This document shows positions 37,182 to 47,487 of a stretch of DNA of 62,168 nt, in pieces (positions within the stretch are counted from its first letter, which is position 1; the number at the start of each line of letters is the position of its first letter). The position numbers and the translations under genes are program-made. The notes under the pieces were generated by a model, which did not search any database, was not told where the DNA came from, and worked only from the letters and a program-made list of their open reading frames with translations. The DNA is from an uncultured Clostridium sp. (GTDB taxonomy: Bacteria > Bacillota > Clostridia > TANB77 > CAG-508), in the NCBI GenBank assembly GCA_964389545.1, contig CAYMDN010000003.1:1-62168 (forward strand), in the 5' to 3' direction.

Positions 37182-38213
37182 ATGTTAAAAGAAAATATAA
37201 AGAATTACGACTTAGATGACCTTAAAACAAAAATAGAAGAATTAGGCGAAAAGAAATATAGAGCAGAACAAATATTTAATTGGATATATAAAGAACATGC
37301 AACATCATTTGATGATATGACCAATCTATCAGTTGAATTAAGAAACAAACTTAAAGAAAACTTCGACATGCATAATTTTAATATAATAACAAAGCAAGAA
37401 TCTAAGGATGGAACAAAAAAATATCTATTCGATGTTTTGGATAACAACGCAATAGAATCAGTCTTAATGCAATATAAATATGGTAAAACAATATGCGTAT
37501 CAACACAAATAGGATGTAAGATGGGATGCAAATTTTGTGCTTCAACAGGTGTAAAATTTGCACGTAACCTAGAACCAGGAGAAATTGTAGAACAATTATT
37601 AGCAATAGAGAGAGATGAAAATATTAAAATATCAAATTTAGTATTTATGGGAATAGGAGAACCACTAGATAATTACGATAATGTAATGAAAGCAATCCAA
37701 ATACTAAATAATCAAAAAGGAATTAATATGGGAGCAAGACACATAAGTATATCAACAAGTGGACTTGTCCCAAAGATATACGAACTAGCAGACAGAAATA
37801 TGCAATGCACATTGTCTATTTCTTTGCATAGTGCCACAGATGAAAAAAGAAGCCAAATGATGCCAGTTAACAACAGATATAACATAGCAGAATTAATCAA
37901 GGCTTGTAAATATTACATAAGCAAAACAAATAGAAGAATTTCATTTGAGTACGCATTAGCAAAGGATAACAATGATAATTTAGATGATGCTGAGAGTCTG
38001 GTTAAATTATTAAAGGGAATGCTATGCCATGTTAATTTGATACCAATTAATAAAATTGAAAATGGGCAATATGCTAAAAGTACAAATGAAAATATTATAA
38101 AATTTAGAGACTACCTTAATTCAAAAGGAATTGTCGCAACAATTAGAAGAGAATTAGGGTCAGATATAGATGCAGCATGTGGACAGTTAAGAAAAAAAGA
38201 GGTGAGTAAATGA
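37182..38213 (+). CDS. rlmN: 23S rRNA (adenine2503-C2)-methyltransferase, radical SAM
   Basis: YRAEQIF.WIY, the CKMGCKFCAS radical-SAM cluster, and GIGEPLDNYDNV. Start set to the ATG at 37182. Confidence 0.92.
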   Translation: MLKENIKNYDLDDLKTKIEELGEKKYRAEQIFNWIYKEHATSFDDMTNLSVELRNKLKENFDMHNFNIITKQESKDGTKKYLFDVLDNNAIESVLMQYKYGKTICVSTQIGCKMGCKFCASTGVKFARNLEPGEIVEQLLAIERDENIKISNLVFMGIGEPLDNYDNVMKAIQILNNQKGINMGARHISISTSGLVPKIYELADRNMQCTLSISLHSATDEKRSQMMPVNNRYNIAELIKACKYYISKTNRRISFEYALAKDNNDNLDDAESLVKLLKGMLCHVNLIPINKIENGQYAKSTNENIIKFRDYLNSKGIVATIRRELGSDIDAACGQLRKKEVSK

Positions 38214-38941
38214 TAGTACATGCAAAAACAGATATAGGTATGCAACGAAAAATGAACCAAGATGCATACTGTATTTCTCAAGATAATGAAGAATACGTTT
38301 TATGTGTTCTGGCAGACGGAATGGGAGGATATACTGGAGGAGAAATAGCAAGTAACTTGGCGGCAATGAGTGTGGATAGATACATAAAAGAAAATTTCGA
38401 TAAAAACAAAGAATATAATAAAGAAGAATTGCAAGAGCTAATAGAAAGATCTATCGAATATGCTAACAAAATTGTATATGAGAAATCTAGAAAAGATGAA
38501 GAATTAGAACAAATGGGTACTACATTGGAGATTTGTTTAATATATAATAATAGAGTGTTTATTGGACATATTGGAGACAGTAGAATTTATAGAATTAGAC
38601 AAGACATAATGAGAAAGATAACAACAGATCACAGTTATGTTCAAAATTTAGTAAAAGAAGGAAAAATAACAAAAGAAGAAGCAGTAAATCATCCTAAAAA
38701 GAATATGTTAATGAAAGCATTAGGATGTGAATTAGAAGTAGAACCAGATGTAACAGTTAAAAATTTCCAAAAAGATGATATCATACTTATATGTTCAGAT
38801 GGACTTACAAATATGGTTGATGAAAAAGAAATTTATAACATTATAAGAAAAGATTTTGATAACGCAGCAAATAATTTAATAAATAAAGCAAATGAGCTTG
38901 GCGGAAGAGATAATATTACAGTTATTTTAATCAAAAATTAA
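38210..38941 (+). CDS. stp: PP2C-family Ser/Thr protein phosphatase (Stp/PrpC)
   Basis: NQDA...LADGMGG...GTT...GDSR.Y...SDGL motifs. Lies upstream of the PASTA kinase. Confidence 0.9.
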   Translation: MIVHAKTDIGMQRKMNQDAYCISQDNEEYVLCVLADGMGGYTGGEIASNLAAMSVDRYIKENFDKNKEYNKEELQELIERSIEYANKIVYEKSRKDEELEQMGTTLEICLIYNNRVFIGHIGDSRIYRIRQDIMRKITTDHSYVQNLVKEGKITKEEAVNHPKKNMLMKALGCELEVEPDVTVKNFQKDDIILICSDGLTNMVDEKEIYNIIRKDFDNAANNLINKANELGGRDNITVILIKN

Positions 38942-38957
38942 TTGGAGGGAAATAACG

Positions 38958-41021
38958 ATGAATTTAGTAGGAAAGTTACTAGGAAACAGATATGAAATAT
39001 TGGAGAAAATAGGAAGCGGCGGAATGGCAACAGTGTACAAAGCAAGATGTTTAGTTTTAAAAAGATATGTAGCAGTAAAAGTATTAAGAGAAGAATACAC
39101 AACCGATAATGAATTCATAAAAAGATTCAATACAGAGGCTGAATCAGCAGCAAGTTTAACACATCCTAACATAGTTTCAGTTTATGATGTAGGTCAAGAA
39201 GGAAATCTATATTATATTGTAATGGAATTAATAAAGGGTAAAACTTTAAAAGAAATAATAGTAGAACAAGGAAAACTTGGCTGGAAATGGTCTGTGAAAA
39301 TTGGTTTGCAAATTGCATCAGCATTAGAAACTGCACATAGAAACAATATAGTGCATAGAGATATAAAACCACATAATATAATAATTACAGAGGATGGAAC
39401 TGCAAAAGTTACAGACTTTGGAATAGCAAAAGCAGTATCAAATTCAACAATAACTGCATTTGGAACAACTTTAGGTTCAGTACATTATTTCTCACCAGAA
39501 CATGCAAGAGGAGGATATACAGATGCAAAATCTGACCTTTACTCTTTAGGTGTTGTAATGTATGAGATGATAACAGGAAGAGTACCATTTGATGCAGATA
39601 CACCAGTATCAGTTGCATTAAAACATATGCAAGAAAAACCAATAGAACCTATAAAATTAAATCCAGCTATACCACAAAGCGTAAACGACATTATAATGAA
39701 AGCAATGCAAAAAGACCCAAATATGAGATATGAAACAGCAACAGAAATGATAGCAGATTTAGAATATGCGTTAAGAAATCCAAACGCCTCAATAGATTCA
39801 GACGATGAAAAAGACTTTGACACACAAAAAGTAAGAGTACAGGGAAAATCAAAACACAGTAGAGTAGAAGAAGATGATGATGACGATGATGAAGAGGACG
39901 AAGAAGACTACGAAGAAATGGGATTCTTTGGAAAAATAGGATACTTCTTCTCAGAACATCCAGTTGTAAAATGGATACTAATTGTAATACTTTTAATAGC
40001 AGTGTTTGTTGGAACAATAGCTATTACTATAGGAATTAAAAAAGCAAATGAACCTAAAAAATTAGATATGCCAAACTTAGTAGGATTAACATTAGAAGAA
40101 GCCAAAGAAAAATATGGTGATATAATTGAGATAGAAGTTGAAGACGAAGCTTTTGATCCAGAAGCTCCAGAAGGACAGATAGTAAAACAAAGTCCAGTAT
40201 TCCAAGAAAACTACCAAATAACAGAAGGAGCGAAAATAAAAGTAACTATAAGTAAGGGACAAAATATAGTTCAAGTACCAAAATTTGTTGGATTAACAAA
40301 AGACGAAGCAATGAAACTAGCTAATGAAAAAGAGTTAGTATTAGATATCCAAGAAGATTTTGATGATGAGATTGAAAAGGGAATAGTTATATTACAAAAA
40401 TTACCAGAAGCTGCAGAAGGAACAGAATTAGCAGAAGGAACAGAAATATTAGCAGGAACAAAAATACAAATAAAAGTAAGCTTAGGAATAGAACAAGTAG
40501 TTGTACCAAATCTTGTAGGTATGACAGAAGCTGAAGCAAAAGCTAAAATTACAGAAGCAAAATTAACATTAAAATCAGCAACTAAAAAAACAGATATGAA
40601 AGCAAAATATGGAGAAGTAATAGAACAATCTGTAGCAGCTGATAGTAAAGTAGACAAAAACACAGAAATATCAATATATATAAACGACTACCAAGCGATA
40701 AAAAGTGCAACAGCTATAATCAATGTAGCAAAACTTACAGGATATACACCACACTATAAGAAGGTTGATACAGGAGAAGTTGATGAAGCAGGAAATCCAA
40801 TATATAGAGAAGAACTAGAAACACCAGATAAAGTTAGAGTTATTGTAACAGTAAATGATAAGCAATGGGCATCGGAACTTGTAAGTAAGGCAACAGAAGA
40901 TTTTCAAGTAGGATTCGATGAAACAGATACAGTAAGAATTGTTGTAACGATAGATGGAAGTCAAGCAGCAGTTAGAGACTTAGACTTAAATTCATCAACT
41001 ACAATAACAATAACAAGATAG
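38958..41021 (+). CDS. prkC: Ser/Thr protein kinase with extracellular PASTA repeats (PrkC/PknB type)
   Basis: Kinase motifs GSGGMATVY, HRDIKPHN and DFGIA, one TM, and repeated PNLVG.T..EA PASTA units. Confidence 0.92.
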   Translation: MNLVGKLLGNRYEILEKIGSGGMATVYKARCLVLKRYVAVKVLREEYTTDNEFIKRFNTEAESAASLTHPNIVSVYDVGQEGNLYYIVMELIKGKTLKEIIVEQGKLGWKWSVKIGLQIASALETAHRNNIVHRDIKPHNIIITEDGTAKVTDFGIAKAVSNSTITAFGTTLGSVHYFSPEHARGGYTDAKSDLYSLGVVMYEMITGRVPFDADTPVSVALKHMQEKPIEPIKLNPAIPQSVNDIIMKAMQKDPNMRYETATEMIADLEYALRNPNASIDSDDEKDFDTQKVRVQGKSKHSRVEEDDDDDDEEDEEDYEEMGFFGKIGYFFSEHPVVKWILIVILLIAVFVGTIAITIGIKKANEPKKLDMPNLVGLTLEEAKEKYGDIIEIEVEDEAFDPEAPEGQIVKQSPVFQENYQITEGAKIKVTISKGQNIVQVPKFVGLTKDEAMKLANEKELVLDIQEDFDDEIEKGIVILQKLPEAAEGTELAEGTEILAGTKIQIKVSLGIEQVVVPNLVGMTEAEAKAKITEAKLTLKSATKKTDMKAKYGEVIEQSVAADSKVDKNTEISIYINDYQAIKSATAIINVAKLTGYTPHYKKVDTGEVDEAGNPIYREELETPDKVRVIVTVNDKQWASELVSKATEDFQVGFDETDTVRIVVTIDGSQAAVRDLDLNSSTTITITR

Positions 41022-41053
41022 AATTAAAATATAAAATTATATGAAAATATAGT

Positions 41054-41134
41054 CCGCTCCATCTTGTTGGATTTTGGATTTTTCAAGCTCGACTAAAGTA
41101 CACTTCGAAAAATGCAAAATCCGCGTGGAGCTAC
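41054..41134 (+). repeat. Copy B of the 81-nt imperfect-hairpin repeat element in the prkC-ftsY spacer
   Basis: 72/81 identical to 29750-29830, in the same orientation. An upstream TAAAATATAA block is also shared. Confidence 0.85.
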
Positions 41135-41183
41135 TAACATATATTAGCCAAACAGAAAACATATATAATGAAAGGACAATAAC

Positions 41184-42089
41184 ATGGGATTTTTTGACAA
41201 ATTAAAATCAGGCTTAGGTAAAACTAGAAATTCATTCAATGAAAAGATGAATAGTGTGTTTAGCACATTTAGAAAAGTAGATGAAGAATTACTAGAAGAA
41301 TTAGAAGAAATGTTAATAATGTCTGATATAGGTGTAGAGACATCAACCGAGATTATTTCAAAATTAAGAGGCAGAATAAAATTAGAGAACATACAAGATG
41401 AAGAGGGCGTTAAAAATGTTCTAAAAGACGAAATGAAAGCAATCTTAGATAAAGAGGACAAAGGTTTAAAACTTGAAACTACGCCATCTGTAATTCTTGT
41501 TGTAGGAGTAAATGGAGTGGGTAAAACTACTTCTATTGGAAAAATTGCAAATAATCTAAAATCAAAAGGAAAGAAAGTTGTAGTTGCTGCAGCAGATACT
41601 TTTAGAGCAGCAGCAGTTGAACAATTAGAAATATGGGCAAACAGAGCGGGAGTAGATATAGTAAAAAGAGCAGAAGGTTCAGATCCAGCATCTGTTGTAT
41701 TTGATGCTATTCAAATTACTAAAGAGAAAAATGCAGATGTTTTAATATGCGACACAGCAGGGAGATTGCATAATAAGAAATATTTAATGGACGAGCTATT
41801 AAAGATAGGAAAAGTAATAGAAAGAGAATTACCAAATGCTTCGAAAGAAACATTAATGGTAATAGACGCAACTACGGGTCAAAATGCTATACTTCAGGTA
41901 AAAGCATTTAAAGAAACAGTACCACTTACAGGTTTAGTGCTAACAAAGCTAGATGGAACAGCTAAAGGTGGAGTAGTTGTAGGAATTGTAAATGAGAATA
42001 ATATTCCAGTTAAATTTGTTGGAGTTGGTGAGCAAATTGATGATATGGAAATATTTAATTCAGAAGACTTTGTAAGTGCTATAATTTAA
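41184..42089 (+). CDS. ftsY: Signal recognition particle receptor FtsY
   Basis: GVNGVGKTT, DTAGR and TKLDGTAKGG SRP-GTPase motifs. Confidence 0.93.
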   Translation: MGFFDKLKSGLGKTRNSFNEKMNSVFSTFRKVDEELLEELEEMLIMSDIGVETSTEIISKLRGRIKLENIQDEEGVKNVLKDEMKAILDKEDKGLKLETTPSVILVVGVNGVGKTTSIGKIANNLKSKGKKVVVAAADTFRAAAVEQLEIWANRAGVDIVKRAEGSDPASVVFDAIQITKEKNADVLICDTAGRLHNKKYLMDELLKIGKVIERELPNASKETLMVIDATTGQNAILQVKAFKETVPLTGLVLTKLDGTAKGGVVVGIVNENNIPVKFVGVGEQIDDMEIFNSEDFVSAII

Positions 42090-42114
42090 AAACAAGAAAG
42101 GGTAATATAATACA

Positions 42115-44847
42115 ATGAAATTGAAGGTAAGAAAGAGAGTAATATTTACTACATCATTTCTAATTATATTTGCAATATTTGCATATATATCTTTACGTGG
42201 ATCATACCTAGAAATGAAAGGAATTGGAGAACAGTATGTAGAAATTTATAGACAAAATGTTAATCAAAAGCTACAAGTTTTTGCAGTTACTTTTATAATA
42301 GTTTTCTTATTAACTTATATAACTACGTGCTTCATAAAAAGAGGTTTAAAACACTTCTTTGAAGAGGATAAAATAGAAATGCCAAAACTTCCAAATAAAT
42401 CAATATCATTTGCATTTGCAGTTATTATGGCTGTAATAATGTCAGCTACAATTACAGAAAAAGCAATACTTGCATTTAGTGGAAGAGAATTTTGGCAAAC
42501 TGATCCGATTTTCAATAATGATGTTAGTTATTATATATTCGAAAAACCTTTTATAGAAGCAATATTAGTGACATTTGCTATATATGAAGCAATTCTTGCA
42601 GTATATGTTATAGTGTATTATTTAATAGCATTTCACCGATTCTTCAAAAAAGGAATTAGTTTTGATACCTTAAGACAAAACACAGTAATAAAACAATTAA
42701 CTTTCAAGTTGTTTTTAATAATCATAACAGTATGTGCATTAACAATAGTACATATACAAAATATGGTAACTAATAAATTTATGAGCATAAATGATGGAAT
42801 GTCACTATATGGAGCAGGAGTATTAGATGTTACTATAAAAAAATGGGGCGACATTTTATTTGCAATATTTATTTTCATTTCATCAATAAGATTAGTAAAA
42901 AGAATAAAAGAAGAACAATACAAAAAGGCAGTTACAGTATTAGCAATGATACCAGTATATTTAGCAGCTATGTTTACAGTTATTATATGTGCTGATGTAT
43001 TCTACTTAAAAAATAACGAATTAGACAAGCAAAAATCATATATATCAAACAATATAGAATTTACTAAAGAAGCATTCAATATAAAAATTGATGAAATCGA
43101 TTTAAAAAATGCAGAAACAATTACAGCAGAAGATATACAAAATAACCAAGATGTTATAAATAATATAAATATATATAACAAGCAAAGAGTTCTTAGATAC
43201 TTGGGTGAATTTCAATCTAACTTAGGATATTATACATTTGCATCAACTCAAGTAGGTGTTTATGATATTGATGGAGTTATGAGGTTAACTTATATAACAC
43301 CAAGAGAAATTATAAGCAATGATACAAGAACATACAATAACAAAACATATGAATATACTCATGGGTATGGAACTATAATAACCGATGCTGCAGTAACAAC
43401 TGAAACTGGAGGTCTTAATTATATTAAATATGATTTTTCACAAACAGAGGAAGACCCTAAAATTTCAGAACCACGAATATATTTTGGATTAGAAACAAAT
43501 AACATTGCAGTTACAAATCCAAATGATGAAAAATATGAATATGACTATCCATTATCAAGTACATCAAACGAATATAATGTATATAATGGAAATGCAGGAA
43601 TACGATTAGGACTAGCAGATCGATTTGTTCTAGGAATAAAAACAGGTAATTTAAGATTGGCATTATCTAGAAATATGAACGAAGACAGCAATATTCTGAT
43701 TAAAAGAAATATTTTAGACCGTGCTAAAACTATAATGCCATATCTAAAATATGATGATGAACCATACATGGTTATTACAGATGAAGGACGACTAATATGG
43801 GTATTAGATGCATATACTGTTTCAGATAAATATCCATATTCGCAAGTAATAACAATGCAAAAAGAAAATGGACAAGTAGAAAAAATAAATTATATAAGAA
43901 ATTCTGTAAAAGTTATAATAGATAGTTATGATGGAACAATGAATTTCTATATAACAGATACAACAGATCCAATAGTAATGGCATATTGGAATATGTATCC
44001 AACACTATTTGAAGACACAAATTCAAAAATACCAGAAGATATAACAAAACATTTTGTATATCCAAAATACCTATTTAAAGTTCAAAAAGAAGTATTAAAA
44101 TATTATCATAATGTACAACCAGAAGTATTATACAGAGCAGATGATGTATGGGATATAGCAAAAGAAAATACTACAAAAGTATCTTCAGTAGTAGGAACAA
44201 ATATAGAACCTTATTATACAATGGTAAAAGTTACAGATTCAGATAAGGCACAATTAGGACTTGTAATTCCATACACCATAGCGGGAAAACAAAATATAAA
44301 AGCATATTTAGTAGGAACATGTGATGAGAGTGGAAAACAACAACTAAAAATATACAAATTTAACACAAATGAAGCCATTTTAGGAACATTGCAACTAGAT
44401 ACATTAATAGAACAAGACGAAACAATATCAAAAGAATTAGACTCAATAGAAGCAACAGGTACAAAAATAGAAAAAAATATTATAGTTGTACCAATTAATG
44501 ATACTCTATTATATGTAGAACCAATATATCAAGTACTACAAAATGAAAATCAAAATGCACCGATATTGAAAAAAGTTGTAGTAGCATCAGGAAATAAAGT
44601 AGCAATAGGAAACGATGTACAAGAAGCTTTGAAAAACCTATTATCTCAAGCTGCAGTAAGTATAAAAATAGATGCTACTAATATAGATGACTTAATAAAG
44701 GAAATAATAGAAGCAAATGAAAATTTAAAACAATCCAATGCAAGTAATGATTGGCAACTGATAGGACAAGATATAGAGAAACTACAAGAACTAATAGATC
44801 AACTAAATAAAATGGTAGAAGAAGAAAACAAAAAATCAAGTACATAA
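42115..44847 (+). CDS. UPF0182-family large membrane protein
   Basis: ~910 aa, with a multi-TM N-terminal third and a long extracytoplasmic C-terminal region, as in UPF0182 proteins. Confidence 0.65.
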   Translation: MKLKVRKRVIFTTSFLIIFAIFAYISLRGSYLEMKGIGEQYVEIYRQNVNQKLQVFAVTFIIVFLLTYITTCFIKRGLKHFFEEDKIEMPKLPNKSISFAFAVIMAVIMSATITEKAILAFSGREFWQTDPIFNNDVSYYIFEKPFIEAILVTFAIYEAILAVYVIVYYLIAFHRFFKKGISFDTLRQNTVIKQLTFKLFLIIITVCALTIVHIQNMVTNKFMSINDGMSLYGAGVLDVTIKKWGDILFAIFIFISSIRLVKRIKEEQYKKAVTVLAMIPVYLAAMFTVIICADVFYLKNNELDKQKSYISNNIEFTKEAFNIKIDEIDLKNAETITAEDIQNNQDVINNINIYNKQRVLRYLGEFQSNLGYYTFASTQVGVYDIDGVMRLTYITPREIISNDTRTYNNKTYEYTHGYGTIITDAAVTTETGGLNYIKYDFSQTEEDPKISEPRIYFGLETNNIAVTNPNDEKYEYDYPLSSTSNEYNVYNGNAGIRLGLADRFVLGIKTGNLRLALSRNMNEDSNILIKRNILDRAKTIMPYLKYDDEPYMVITDEGRLIWVLDAYTVSDKYPYSQVITMQKENGQVEKINYIRNSVKVIIDSYDGTMNFYITDTTDPIVMAYWNMYPTLFEDTNSKIPEDITKHFVYPKYLFKVQKEVLKYYHNVQPEVLYRADDVWDIAKENTTKVSSVVGTNIEPYYTMVKVTDSDKAQLGLVIPYTIAGKQNIKAYLVGTCDESGKQQLKIYKFNTNEAILGTLQLDTLIEQDETISKELDSIEATGTKIEKNIIVVPINDTLLYVEPIYQVLQNENQNAPILKKVVVASGNKVAIGNDVQEALKNLLSQAAVSIKIDATNIDDLIKEIIEANENLKQSNASNDWQLIGQDIEKLQELIDQLNKMVEEENKKSST

Positions 44848-44854
44848 AAAATAA

Positions 44855-44886
44855 AAAAACACCCAAAATATAAATGGGTGTTTTTA
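44855..44886 (+). terminator. Intrinsic terminator: AAAAACACCCA...TGGGTGTTTTT
   Basis: Read directly. Confidence 0.8.
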
Positions 44887-44887
44887 C

Positions 44888-45163
44888 ATGTTTTACAAAA
44901 ATATAAATAACAAGATAGATGAGATTAATGAAAAATTAGAGAAAAGTAATATGATAGAAATGTCATATATAATGGGAAACAAAAAGGAAATTATAAAAAG
45001 AAATCTATTAGCAGGGATATTTAGAGGAATTGGAATAGGAATAGGGCTAACAATAATTTCTGCAATAATTATATTCTTTTTACAAAGGTTAATAAGGCTA
45101 AATATACCAATAATAGGAGACTATATTACAGATATAGTGGCAATAATCCAACGAAATCTATAA
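44888..45163 (+). CDS. Small membrane protein (possibly DUF5665)
   Basis: 91 aa with one TM (GIGIGIGLTIISAIIIFFL). Weak RBS. Confidence 0.35.
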   Translation: MFYKNINNKIDEINEKLEKSNMIEMSYIMGNKKEIIKRNLLAGIFRGIGIGIGLTIISAIIIFFLQRLIRLNIPIIGDYITDIVAIIQRNL

Positions 45164-45229
45164 AAGTTCCCATTGACATTTTTAGTTATTATTGTATAAA
45201 ATATGTATATTAAAGAGGAGATGGTAAAA

Positions 45230-45892
45230 ATGGTTGAAATTTCTACATCGATTTTAAATGTTATAGGTAAAGAAAATCCTACTAAAATATTTTATGATTT
45301 AGAAGTTGGAGGAACAGATTATTATCATGTAGATGTTATGGATGGAAAATTTGTAGAAAAGGATACTTCAGAAATAATGTATGATTTTGCAAATACCATA
45401 AAACAGATATCTAATTTACCACTAGACGTTCATTTAATGGTCAATGATGTTAGAGCTTATATCGATAAATACATAGGCTTAGAACCACATTTCATAACAA
45501 TACATTATGAAGCATGCAAAGATAAAGTAGAAGTAAGAGAACTACTAGAATATATAAGAGAGAATAATATAAAATGTGGACTTTCAATAAAACCAAATAC
45601 TAAGATAGAAGAAATATGCGAATTTTTGCCATATATAAACCTTTGCTTGATAATGAGTGTAGAGCCAGGTAAAGGAGGACAAAAATTTATACCAGATTCT
45701 ATTGATAAGATAAAAGAATTAAAGAAATATATAGATGAAAATGAATTAGAAGCATACATAGAAGTAGATGGTGGAGTAAATAAGAAAACGGCGGAAAATG
45801 CAAAAGAAGCAGGTGCAGATATACTAGTAATAGGAACAGCAATTATAGAATCCGAAAATTATAAAGAAACTATAAATGAATTCAAAAAATAA
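45230..45892 (+). CDS. rpe: Ribulose-phosphate 3-epimerase
   Basis: STSILN...HVDVMDG.FV...DVHLMV...MSVEPG.GGQKF...EVDGG. Start set to the ATG at 45230. Confidence 0.9.
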   Translation: MVEISTSILNVIGKENPTKIFYDLEVGGTDYYHVDVMDGKFVEKDTSEIMYDFANTIKQISNLPLDVHLMVNDVRAYIDKYIGLEPHFITIHYEACKDKVEVRELLEYIRENNIKCGLSIKPNTKIEEICEFLPYINLCLIMSVEPGKGGQKFIPDSIDKIKELKKYIDENELEAYIEVDGGVNKKTAENAKEAGADILVIGTAIIESENYKETINEFKK

Positions 45893-45920
45893 AGGACTTT
45901 AAAGTCCTTTATTTTTATTT
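45891..45920. terminator. Bidirectional terminator: AAAGGAC tttaaa GTCCTTT, then T-run
   Basis: Read directly between convergent genes. Confidence 0.7.
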
Positions 45921-45923
45921 TAA

Positions 45924-47348
45924 TTAGTTATTAGCTTTCTTTAAGAATAAAGATGATAATATTTTTCCAATTGATACAAGCATAAAGCATACAAGAACAG
46001 TTGCTCCAAAGTAAGGTATTAAGCTAAATATATATATAACTAATGAAATAATTAATACTCTTATGTATAAGTTAAATTTATCATAATCCCAAGCATTAGC
46101 AATAGCTAATATAAATAAAGGTATTGCAATAAATGAAACAAATATTAAAGCTACTAGTAACATAATTGCAAGTGGAATTGTAAATCTTATAAATAAGAAT
46201 AGTACGAAAACAGGAACTGCAAGTAAAATTACTCCAAATGCAACACCGAAACTTGTAAATATATTAGTAGTATTAATATTAGATAAATTTTCAATAAGAG
46301 TTGGAGAAATTCGTTTAAATATAAGTGCCACAACAAAAACATAAACAACAAATGATAATGCTCCAACAAGTTTATCAACTAAAATAGAAGAGAAGCTTTC
46401 ATCATCTACATATTTTTCTGATTTTGATTCACCTAGAACAACTCCTTCAGGTATAGAAACTTCATTTTTTACAGCATATTCTAAATTACCACGAATAGTA
46501 CAAATTTTAGAAGTATCAAAAGTTAATGTTTTTGTTTTAATTAAAGCATCACCTTGAACTTCGCCAGCAAATTGAAGATTAATAGCTTCAGCTTGTAAAT
46601 TTTTTGTTACAATAAAATCAGTTCCAAATACAACTTTACCAGAATCAGATTGAACTTTAGCAATTCTATTAATTTTTCCAGAAATATTAGCATTTTTTGT
46701 GCGAAGAACTAAATCTTTAGAGATATTTCCAGTATAATTCATATTAAAATCATTAGATATGGCATAAACTGAACCATAAACTCTACCATGCATATTTAAT
46801 GTTGAATTAGCAAAAACATATACGTTACCGGTTATAATTGCACTTTCGTTGATATTAACTGTCTTAGCAAAAACATATAAATCTCCATGGATTTGACAGC
46901 CAGTCTCTATAGTAAAGTCTTCTTTTGCTTGTACATAAACATTACCATTAAAATTTGTGTAAGATTTTATATTACTAACAATATAATTACCAATTTTATC
47001 TTTATTATCTGAATAAACTAAATCAGATTTAATAGAAGTGTTAGTAGAAGAAGCAAACAAATCTCCATTAAACACTAAATTTGTAATATTTCTTGAGGTT
47101 ATTGTTAAATCTCCAGTTGTAATAAAAGCATTACCATTTACATTATGATTTATCTCAAAATTAGTATCATTACTAACATACAAATCATTATCAAGAGTAG
47201 CAGGTGTATGAGTTTCAGATTCAGTATTGTTAGTAGTATTAGTAGTATTTTGTACATTATTAGCATCAGTTTCTGTTGCAAGAACAGGTGTAATAGCAAA
47301 AATGCCAACAAGTAAAATACAAACAAGAGTGATTGTGAATTTTCTCAT
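45924..47348 (-). CDS. Secreted bactofilin-like beta-helical repeat domain fused to a polytopic C-terminal membrane domain
   Basis: Signal peptide MRKFTITLVCILLVGIFAITPVLA. Repeated G-[ND]-[VL]-[YF]-[VA] units (GNVYVQA, GDLYVFA, GNVYVFA, GSVYAIS). About five C-terminal TM segments. Start set to 47348. Confidence 0.5.
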   Translation of the reverse strand: MRKFTITLVCILLVGIFAITPVLATETDANNVQNTTNTTNNTESETHTPATLDNDLYVSNDTNFEINHNVNGNAFITTGDLTITSRNITNLVFNGDLFASSTNTSIKSDLVYSDNKDKIGNYIVSNIKSYTNFNGNVYVQAKEDFTIETGCQIHGDLYVFAKTVNINESAIITGNVYVFANSTLNMHGRVYGSVYAISNDFNMNYTGNISKDLVLRTKNANISGKINRIAKVQSDSGKVVFGTDFIVTKNLQAEAINLQFAGEVQGDALIKTKTLTFDTSKICTIRGNLEYAVKNEVSIPEGVVLGESKSEKYVDDESFSSILVDKLVGALSFVVYVFVVALIFKRISPTLIENLSNINTTNIFTSFGVAFGVILLAVPVFVLFLFIRFTIPLAIMLLVALIFVSFIAIPLFILAIANAWDYDKFNLYIRVLIISLVIYIFSLIPYFGATVLVCFMLVSIGKILSSLFLKKANN

Positions 47349-47444
47349 AAAAATCCATCCTTTCAAAAGAGGACAAATGTCCAAAACAATATATAATATC
47401 ATATAACTTTAAATAAAATTTGTCAATGAAAAAGGGGAGACAAA

Positions 47445-47478
47445 ACAAAAAAAGAGTTGATTAAATCAACTCTTTTGA
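47445..47478 (-). terminator. Terminator for the NfeD-SPFH operon: AAAGAGTTGA ttaaa TCAACTCTTT
   Basis: 10-bp perfect stem. The T-run is on the minus strand. Confidence 0.75.
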
Positions 47479-47487
47479 AAAATATAC

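Noticed and set aside
39866-39917. GAA/GAT-rich repetitive stretch encoding EEDDDDDEEDEEDYEE.
   Set aside because: It lies in frame within prkC, between the kinase domain and the TM segment. It is a coding low-complexity juxtamembrane linker, not a non-coding repeat or CRISPR-like array.
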